Source of the DNA: Octopus sinensis
Lineage: Eukaryota
Length of the DNA stretch: 6,766 nt
Direction of reading: 5' to 3'
Assembly (NCBI RefSeq): GCF_006345805.1
Contig: NW_021829237.1
Location: forward strand, 1-6,766
The position numbers and the translations under genes are program-made. The notes beneath the pieces are model-generated. The model had not been told where the DNA came from and made no database searches. It was given only the letters and a program-made list of their open reading frames with translations. Of the stretch, positions 1-6,766 are shown piece by piece; the first letter of the stretch is position 1, and each line of letters starts with the position of its first letter.

Positions 1-81
1 TGTGTGTGTGTGTGGTGTGATTGTATTGTTAAGACTTGAACAAGTAGAATAACACTTGATCAGCTAAGAGAGTAATGAAGT

Positions 82-123
82 TATATATATATGTATATAT
101 ATTCATATGTATAATATATATAT

Positions 124-171
<48 letters not shown>

Positions 172-190
172 GTATATATATATACATATA
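82..190. repeat. (TA)n microsatellite with TG/CA interruptions
   Basis: Near-continuous TA dinucleotide run read directly. Confidence 0.95.
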
Positions 191-244
191 ACGGGAAGCT
201 TTATGAAAATAGACAAAAGATGAAGGCAGGTTACGGAAATAAAC

Positions 245-325
<81 letters not shown>

Positions 326-460
326 ATATATATATATATAATATATATATATATATAATATTGCATGTATATATATATATATATATATATATTATTATAC
401 ATATATATATATATATATTTTATTTATATACATGTGTAATGCATGTATCTGTATGTATCT
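245..460. repeat. (TA)n microsatellite, degenerating at the 3' end
   Basis: Long TATATA runs; source of the poly-IY ORF 220-510. Confidence 0.95.
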
Positions 461-590
461 ATTCAGCGTGTAAGTTGTGGCCGTGTCAGACCACCTGTAA
501 GCATGACTAACAATGTTATGATGACACTTAACGGCATGCAGCGCCATCACCATCACCAAACATAATGATACTGCCTACAACGACAATATA

Positions 591-596
<6 letters not shown>

Positions 597-639
<43 letters not shown>
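597..639. repeat. (TG)n microsatellite
   Basis: About 21 perfect TG units. Confidence 0.97.
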
Positions 640-640
<1 letters not shown>

Positions 641-744
641 ATTGTTTTTGGTGTCTAACAATCAGTCTCTCCATCATGTAATTGCTACAGTTTCAACTTG
701 CAATCTCGATTCAAATCATTTGCCGACACAAGAGCAATTCAAAT

Positions 745-793
745 ACGTACACACTCACATGCACAGACACACGTATACATACATATATATACA

Positions 794-830
<37 letters not shown>

Positions 831-1010
831 AACACAGATATATATATACATACATATATATATGCACATATGCATATATATATACATGCATATATATATG
901 CACATATATAATATATACATATTATATATTATATATGTATGTATATAAATATGGGTGTGTATGTAAATATATATGTATATGTGTATATATATATATATAT
1001 ATGTACAAAT

Positions 1011-1042
<32 letters not shown>

Positions 1043-1214
1043 GTATGTATATATATATATACATATATATGTATGTGTGTATATGAGCACATATACATAT
1101 ATATAAATATATATATATGTATGTGTATATATATATTTATATATATATGCATACAAACATACGTATATATATATATACATACAAATATATATATAATTGT
1201 ATATACATGTAACA

Positions 1215-1247
<33 letters not shown>

Positions 1248-1337
1248 CATAGATGTATACACACACGTATGCATGCATAAATTACATATTCGTGTATGTG
1301 TTTGTGTGTACACACACACACACACACACACGCGCGC
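745..1337. repeat. Compound (TA)n/(CA)n/(TG)n microsatellite, ~590 bp of largely alternating purine-pyrimidine
   Basis: TA runs interspersed with CA blocks (~1011-1034, ~1310-1331) and TG. Confidence 0.95.
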
Positions 1338-1445
1338 ATTCAGAAATAAAACAGACGAACGCTACAAGCAAAAGCAAAAATCTTTCAGGAATCAAAACAA
1401 GGAAGGAAAACGGAAAATTAGAAAAGCAAAACTGCAGAAGAAGAA

Positions 1446-1495
1446 GAAGTAAAAAAAAAAAATAGATAAAGAAGTAAAAAAAAAAAATAGATAAA
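1446..1495 (+). repeat. Perfect 25-bp tandem duplication (GAAGT-A12-TAGATAAA)x2 in an A-rich tract
   Basis: 1446-1470 is identical to 1471-1495. Confidence 0.9.
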
Positions 1496-1563
1496 TAAAT
1501 ATATAAAAAGAAAGCAAAAAAAAAAACCCGCAAAAGACCTCTCTCTCTCCTCTCACTGAATAA

Positions 1564-1826
1564 CCAATTGATTAATTGGGAAACAAAAACAAAAACAAAA
1601 TAAACAAAAACAATAAAAACAATATCTTTTTTTTGGTTTATTTATCTCCTCCCACCGCTACCAGTACCGCCTCCTCCTCCTCCTCTGATAAATACAATTT
1701 GTCATTAATTTGTTTCTGACAGGTATTTTAGATGTAGTTAAGTGAAATTTGAACCTGTACAAGCTACAATGGCAACGTCATGTTAATCACATCACTTTCA
1801 TTTTATCTTCAGGGCGGGAGGGGGGT
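1564..1826. promoter_or_regulatory. Candidate cis-regulatory island (homeodomain/Pbx-Hox/Meis/GATA/GC-box motifs)
   Basis: Quasi-palindrome CCAATTGATTAATTGG 1564-1579 containing TGATTAAT; TGATAA 1686-1691; TGTCA 1700-1704 and TGACAG 1717-1722 flanking TTAATT; GGGCGG 1812-1817. Motif content only. Confidence 0.25.
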
Positions 1827-1864
1827 GTTCATTTTGAGCTTGGTTTTGGATTTGAATTTGATCG

Positions 1865-1865
<1 letters not shown>

Positions 1866-1921
<56 letters not shown>

Positions 1922-2154
1922 GTTATTGTTATTGTTGTTATTATTATTATTATTATTATTGATATTATTATTATTATTATTATTATATTATTATTATATT
2001 ATTATCATTGTTATTGTTATTGTTGTTATTATTATTATTATTATTATTGATATTATCATTATTATTATTATTATTATTATCATTGTTATTGTTATTGTTA
2101 TTGTTATTATTATTATTATTATTATTATTGTTATTGTTATTATTATCATTATTA

Positions 2155-2186
<32 letters not shown>

Positions 2187-2196
2187 GTTATTGTTC

Positions 2197-2237
<41 letters not shown>

Positions 2238-2320
2238 GTTATTGTTCTTCTTCTTCTTCTTCTTCTTATTATTATTATTATTATTATTATTGTTGTTGTT
2301 GTTGTTGTTGTTGTTGTTAT
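1866..2320. repeat. Compound trinucleotide microsatellite (TTA)n with TTG variants, a (TTC)n block and a terminal (TTG)n block
   Basis: About 455 bp; TTC ~2245-2267, TTG ~2290-2318. Source of the poly-L/I/Y/T ORFs. Confidence 0.97.
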
Positions 2321-2478
2321 CATGTAATTCTATTGTAGTTTGAGCTTTGGTTCGTCCCCTTTTATTTCTGTTGTTTTTTTTAGTTTTATAAATCTATTTT
2401 TATCTGCAGGAAGAAGGGGTGGCTATGGTGGGAATGGAACGTTTTCGTTGTGGTGGTAACTCTGGTGTTGTAGCTGTC

Positions 2479-2479
2479 G

Positions 2480-2516
<37 letters not shown>
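2479..2516. repeat. (GTT)n microsatellite
   Basis: About 12 perfect units. Confidence 0.95.
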
Positions 2517-2574
2517 ATATTTTATGGATTCATTTAGCAAGTAATTACTTCTCCTTCGTTCAAATGAGATAAAT

Positions 2575-2843
2575 TTTTAGAGTTATTTGAGTATCAGATG
2601 AAGTGCCTTGTGATATTTGATCCAAAACTTTGAGCCATGAGTTCAAATCCTGCCAACATTAACTTCCCCATCTTTTTATGGTGTTGATAAATAAAGCACC
2701 ACTCATCCAGAGTGGCTGAATGGTTAGAGCACTAGACAAGATACTTTGTAGTATTTCTTCTGGTTCTTTACATCCTGAGTTCAATCCGTAGCACTTACAA
2801 CTTTGCTCTTTAGCTCCTTTTCAGAGTTGGCAAATAAAATACT
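2575..2843 (+). mobile_element. Units 1-2 of a degenerate tandem array of SINE 5' halves (Pol III head plus central domain), related to the SINE at 6125-6351
   Basis: B boxes TGAGTTCAAATCC 2638-2650 and TGAGTTCAATCC 2776-2787; A box TGGCTGAATGG 2713-2723; units end in GTTGATAAATAAAGCACC and GTTGGCAAATAAAATACT, matching GTCGATAAATTAAGTACC of the minus-strand copy. Confidence 0.75.
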
Positions 2844-2846
2844 AAT

Positions 2847-3260
2847 CGCAGGAGTGGCTGTGTGGTAAGTAGCTTGCTAACCAACCACATGGTTCTGGGT
2901 TCAGTCCCACTGCATGGTATCTTGAGCAAGTGTCTTCTACTATAGCCTCAGGCTGACCAATGCCTTGTGAGTGGATTTGGTAGACGGACACTGAAAGAAG
3001 CCTGTCGTATATATGTATATATACATATGGATGTGTGTGTGTATGTGTTTGTGTGTCTGTGTTTGTCTCCCAAGCATTGCTTGACAACCGATGCTGGTGT
3101 GTTTACGTCCCCGTCACTTAGCAGTTCGGCAAAAGAGACCGATAGAATAAGTACTGGGCTTACAAAGAATAAGTCCCGGGGTCGATTTGCTCGACTAAAG
3201 GCGGTGCTCCAGCATGGCCACAGTCAAATGACTGAAACAAGTAAAAGAGTAAAAGAGTAA
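2847..3260 (+). mobile_element. Near full-length tRNA-derived SINE (family A) with CORE-like segment, internal TA/TG microsatellite and (AGTAAAAG)n tail
   Basis: A box TGGCTGTGTGG 2855-2865; B box GGTTCAGTCCC 2898-2908; CORE-like CTTGAGCAAGTGTCTT ~2921-2936; internal SSR ~3008-3060; tail 3240-3260; possible TSD TAATC 2843-2847/3258-3262; second copy inverted at 6424-6738. Confidence 0.9.
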
Positions 3261-3267
3261 TCTATGC

Positions 3268-3530
3268 CACTGAGTAAAGCAGAAGAGTGAGTGTTGGAGG
3301 AAATGCTTTGTAGTTTCTGTTCAAGCTCTCAGCACTCTGAGTTCAAATCCTACAATGGTCACCTTTGAATTTTCTCCTTCTGGGGTTGATAAAATACAGT
3401 ACACTGCCAGGGTGATGGGTTGGCAAAACTGTATATCAAACAAAATGCTTGGTGGTTTCTCTCCTGGTTATCTGCACACTGATTTTAATCCCTACCTAGG
3501 TCCCTTTATCTTTCATCTTCTTGGATCCCC
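3268..3530 (+). mobile_element. Units 3-4 of the degenerate tandem SINE-head array
   Basis: AAATGCTT...TGAGTTCAAATCC 3338-3350...CCTTCTGGGGTTGATAAAATACAGTAC; then TGGCAAAAC...AAAATGCTT...TGATTTTAATCC 3480-3491...CTTTCATCTTCTTGG. Confidence 0.7.
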
Positions 3531-3665
3531 AAATCATACTCTACTCCCTTCTAAATGTATATATGAATGTATAAGCCTACAAAAGAGAACTCTATATAAT
3601 TGTTAGATGTGTTAGATATAGCAGCCAAATCTCCTGTTTTACGTATGGGTATATAGCATTAGTAT

Positions 3666-4008
3666 GTGAAGGCACATAGCTCAGTGGTTAGAGTGTTGGG
3701 CTCACAGTAATAAGATAGTGAGTTCAATTCCTCGACCAGGCAGTCTGTTATGTTCTTGAGCAAGACACTTCATTTCACGTTGCTCTAGCTCACTCAGCTG
3801 TAGAAATGAATTGCAACATCACTGGTGCCAAGCTGTATCGGCCCCTTTGCCTTTCCTTTGGATAACATCGTTGGCATAGAGACAGGAGTCTGATATGCAA
3901 GGGTGACTGCTGGTCTTCCATAAACAAACTTGCCCAGACTTGTTCCTAGGAGGGGAACTTTCTAGGTGCAATCCCATGGTCATTCATAACCAAAGGGTGT
4001 CTTTATCC
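3666..4008 (+). mobile_element. Full-length tRNA-derived SINE (family B) with CORE-like segment
   Basis: A box TAGCTCAGTGG 3677-3687; B box GAGTTCAATTCC 3720-3731; TGTTCTTGAGCAAGACACTT CORE-like; decayed TSD TATATAGCATTA 3650-3661 / TACATAGCATCA 4009-4020 (10/12). Confidence 0.87.
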
Positions 4009-4015
4009 TACATAG

Positions 4016-4400
4016 CATCATCAACATCTTCATCATTTAATAACTATTTTCCATGCTAGCATTCATAGGATTGTTTGACAGGTGATGGTGAGCCAGGGGA
4101 CTGTTCCAAGCTTTTCTGTCTGCTTTCACATAGTTTCTACTACTAGATGCCCTTCCAAAAGCCAACCACTTTACAATGTGGACTGGGTACTTTTCAAGTG
4201 GCACCAGCACCAATGAGGTCACCAAGTAATATGCAAGACAAAGGCAAAGACCCCTCAACAGAGGGAGGAATAGTACTGAAGGAGGTGGCTTTGTGCCAGA
4301 TGGTGGTGAGATGTTAAGCTACGATAGTACGACAGAAACAGGTGCTTTGATATGGAGGAGATACATGGCTATCCCAGTCAGTGGAGGAAGAGGTGGGGTG
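4016..4400 (-). mobile_element. Old diverged retroposon with (GAT)n tail, probably RTE-type 3' end; 5' boundary uncertain
   Basis: Minus strand reads ...GGAAGGGCATC (4146-4156)...ATGCTAGCATGGAAAATAGTTATTAAATGATGAAGATGTTGATGATG. This recalls an abundant octopus repeat (from memory). It may continue to 4610 and beyond 5720. Confidence 0.6.
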
Positions 4401-4610
4401 ATGGTGAAGATGTAGCAGGGTGTACCCTCAATGTACAGGGAAGTGAATATAAGTGAAGTGGTGGAGAGTATTGGACAGAGTGAGTAAGCAAGGAATTCCT
4501 GCAGTGTAAAAGGAGAGTAGAAGATAGAAGGGAGAGAAAGGGGAATGCAGTGGAGGGAAACAGAGTGCTCCTTGCTCTATTCACTTCTTCAGTGTGATAG
4601 CTGAGGGAGA

Positions 4611-5719
4611 GTGGAGGTGCAATGGCCCAGTGGTTAGGGCAGCGGACTCGCGGTCATAGGATCGTGGTTTCGATTCCCAGACCGGGCGTTGTGAGTGTTT
4701 ATTGAGCAAAAACACCTAAAGCTCCACGAGGCTCTGGCAGGGATGGTGGTGATCCCTGCTGTACTCTTTCACCACAACTTTCTCTCACTCTTACTTCCTG
4801 TTTCTGTCGTACCTTGTATTTCAAAGGGGCCGGCCTTGTCACTCTCTGCGTCACGCTGAATATCCCCGAGAACTACGTTAAGGGTGCACGTGTCTGCGGA
4901 GTGCTCAGCCACTTGCACGTTAATTTCACGAGCAGGCTGTTCCGTTGATTCGGATCAACCGGAACCCTCATCGTCGTAACCGACTGAGTGCTTCCATCCG
5001 AGGCTCCGGCAGGGGATGGTGGTGATCCCTGCTGTACTCTTTCACCACAACTTTCTCTCACTCTTACTTCCTGTTTCTGTTGTACCTGTATTTCAAGGGG
5101 CCGGCCTTGTCACTCTCTGTGTCACGCTGAATATCCCCGAGAACTGCATTAAGGGTACACGTGTCTGTGGAGTGCTCACCACTTACACGTTAATTTCATG
5201 AGCACTGTTCCGTTGATTCGGATCAACCGGAACCCTCATCGTCGTAACCGACTGAGTGCTTCCATCCGAGGCTCCGGCAGGGGATGGTGGTGATCCCTGC
5301 TGTACTCTTTCACCACAACTTTCTCTCACTCTTTCTTCTTTTCTGTTCTGTTGTACCTTGTATTTCAAGGGCCAGCCTTGTCACTCTCTGTGTTACGCTG
5401 AATATCCCCGAGAACTGCATTAGGGTACACGTGTCTGTGGAGGCTCCGGCAGGGATGGTGGTGATCCCTGCTGTACTCTTTCACTCACACCACCCTTTCT
5501 CTCACTCTTTCTTCCTGTTTCTGTTGTACCTGTATTTCAAAGGGCCGGCCTTGTCACTCTCTGTGTCACGCTGAATATCCCCGAGAACTGCATTAAGGGT
5601 ACACGTGTCTGCGGAGTGCTCAGCCACTTACACGTTAATTTCACGAGCAGGCTGTTCCGTTGATTCGGATCAACCGGAACCCTCGTCGTCGTAACCGACT
5701 GAGTGCTTCCCATCCATCC
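4611..5719 (+). mobile_element. Young multimeric tRNA-derived (Arg-like) SINE (family C): one head plus four tandem body units
   Basis: A box TGGCCCAGTGG 4623-4633; B-box-like GGTTTCGATTCC 4666-4677; CpG-rich; perfect 12-bp TSD AGCTGAGGGAGA 4599-4610 and 5720-5731; (CCAT)n tail. Confidence 0.92.
4728..5719 (+). repeat. Tandem repeat of ~270-bp SINE body: 4728-4999, 5000-5267, 5268-5439 (3'-truncated), 5440-5719
   Basis: Each unit starts GAGGCTCYGGCAGGG; complete units end GAGTGCTTCC(C)ATCC; high pairwise identity by eye. Confidence 0.95.
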
Positions 5720-5834
5720 AGCTGAGGGAGATTTCACTGCTATTTTTAGCAGGGCAGGCAGCGACACCAGGGCTTCCTGGTGTATTTGCACATGTTCTGC
5801 CATTAACTGGATATTTACATAGGTTTAACTATAG

Positions 5835-5998
5835 AAGCCGATGAAGAAGGGAAATAAAGGAGGAAGGGAGAAGCGTAAAGGTATGTGCAGAGGAAGGAGG
5901 AAGGGAAGGAGGAAGGGGAGGAGAGCATGCAAATTTGTGAAATGATGGAGTGGGGAGGGGCTGGACAAACATCGGAGAGGGGGAAAGAGAGAGACAGA
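5835..5998 (+). repeat. Purine-rich low-complexity (GGA/GAA/GGGA) tract
   Basis: Strong G+A skew, e.g. GAGGAAGGAGGAAGGGAAGGAGGAAGGGGAGGAGAG. Confidence 0.7.
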
Positions 5999-6124
5999 CT
6001 GATTTGAGGGACATGATGGGAAGCTGATATCATGATATGATGGATGAGGCTGTGAGATAGAACTGTGCGTATATATATTCATATGTGCATTTACACATCC
6101 GTGTGTGTGTGTATAATATATATA

Positions 6125-6351
6125 TATTTCTTTACTACCCCCAAGGGCTAAACACAGAGGGGGACAAACAAGACAGACAAAGGATTAAGTCGATTACTCG
6201 ACCCCTTGGTGTAACTGGTACTTAATTTATCGACCCCGAAAGGATGAAGGCAAAGTCACCTCTCGGAATTTGAACCCAGAACACTTACGGCAGACGAAAT
6301 ACGGCTACGCATTTCGCCCGGCGACTAACGTTTCTGCCATCAGCTCGCCTT
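6125..6351 (-). mobile_element. Full-length short tRNA-related SINE (family D) inserted in TA repeat; central domain resembles the Meta-type SINE domain
   Basis: Minus strand: A-box-like TGGCAGAAACG (6339-6329), B box GGTTCAAATTCC (6276-6265), GCCTTCATCCTTTCGGGGTCGATAAATTAAGTACCAG (6251-6215), end TAAAGAAATA. Domain naming is from recall. Confidence 0.88.
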
Positions 6352-6385
6352 ATATATATTATATTATATATAATAATTATATATG

Positions 6386-6420
<35 letters not shown>

Positions 6421-6423
6421 ATG
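6352..6423. repeat. (TA)n/(TG)n microsatellite
   Basis: Read directly; separates two minus-strand SINEs. Confidence 0.9.
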
Positions 6424-6738
6424 TATTCTTTTATTCTTTTACTTGTTCCAATCATTTGACTGAGGCCCATGCTGGAGCACCATCTTTAGTTAGACAATTC
6501 AAACCCCAGGACTTATTCATTGTCAGCCTAGTACTTATTCCATTGATCTCTTTTGCTGAGCCGCTAAGTTACAGGGATGTAAACACACCAACACCAGTGG
6601 GGGTGGACAAACACAGACACAAAAATACACCCATACATACACACACACACAGATATATGTAGGATGGGCTTCTTTCAGTTTCCGTCTACCAAATCCACTC
6701 ACAAGGCTTTGGTTGGCTTGAGGCTATAATAGGAGACA
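6424..6738 (-). mobile_element. 5'-truncated copy of SINE family A
   Basis: Reverse complement aligns with ~2931-3258 (GCCTTGTGAGTGGATTTGGTAGACGGA, GCTCCAGCATGG, ACAAGTAAAAGA tail). tRNA head absent; runs into TA repeat at ~6740. Confidence 0.9.
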
Positions 6739-6766
6739 GATATATACATATATACATACATATATA

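Noticed and set aside
220-1339. ORFs of 96-184 aa rich in I/Y/C/V/H/T
   Set aside because: Translations of dinucleotide microsatellites, open on both strands because the repeats lack stop codons.
1731-1790. miRNA-like hairpin (TGTAGTT...AGCTACA)
   Set aside because: Stem is only ~7 bp, too short for a pre-miRNA, and no mature sequence was recognised.
1749-2343. Poly-L/I/Y/T ORFs resembling membrane proteins
   Set aside because: Translations of the (TTA)n array.
2842-3260. ORFs 2842-3087 and 2967-3260
   Set aside because: Lie within a SINE; no RT or endonuclease motifs. Any hypothetical-protein hits would probably be repeat mis-annotations.
4611-4690. Functional tRNA genes here and at 2847 and 3666
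   Set aside because: A and B boxes are present but I could not build complete cloverleafs, and each continues into a SINE body with a tail.
4720-4880. Self-cleaving ribozyme explaining the multimer junction (GGCCGGC resembles the HDV 5' end)
   Set aside because: No downstream P1 partner or nested pseudoknot found, and no hammerhead CTGANGA...GAAA core seen by eye. An Infernal scan would be definitive.
4728-5719. CRISPR-like array with hairpin repeats
   Set aside because: Units are ~270-bp near-identical copies with no unique spacers, there are no cas genes, and the context is eukaryotic.
4873-5803. Repeated ORFs (MVVIPAVLFH..., MRESCGERVQ...) suggesting a peptide gene array
   Set aside because: They arise from the SINE body repeats, and frames shift between units through indels.
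5880-5990. G-quadruplex or triplex element
   Set aside because: G3 tracts are irregularly spaced and interrupted; ordinary low-complexity purine tract.

Overview
Non-coding, repeat-saturated eukaryotic DNA, probably intronic or intergenic. The (TA)n/(TG)n/(TTA)n load and the tRNA-derived SINE families recall coleoid cephalopod (Octopus-like) genomes; this assignment is from memory, not a search. No credible CDS: the ORFs lie in microsatellites, SINEs or low-complexity DNA. Bases 1-2520 are mostly microsatellite with small unique islands; the one at 1560-1830 is rich in homeodomain/TALE-type motifs. Bases 2570-6740 are a nested retroposon cluster: (1) an old ~140-bp-period tandem array of four SINE heads, interrupted by a younger SINE; (2) further SINE copies on both strands; (3) a 1.1-kb multimeric SINE with one tRNA head and four body units inside a single perfect 12-bp target-site duplication. 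The multimer and the head array are the most unusual structures. I cannot establish from sequence alone that either is undescribed.
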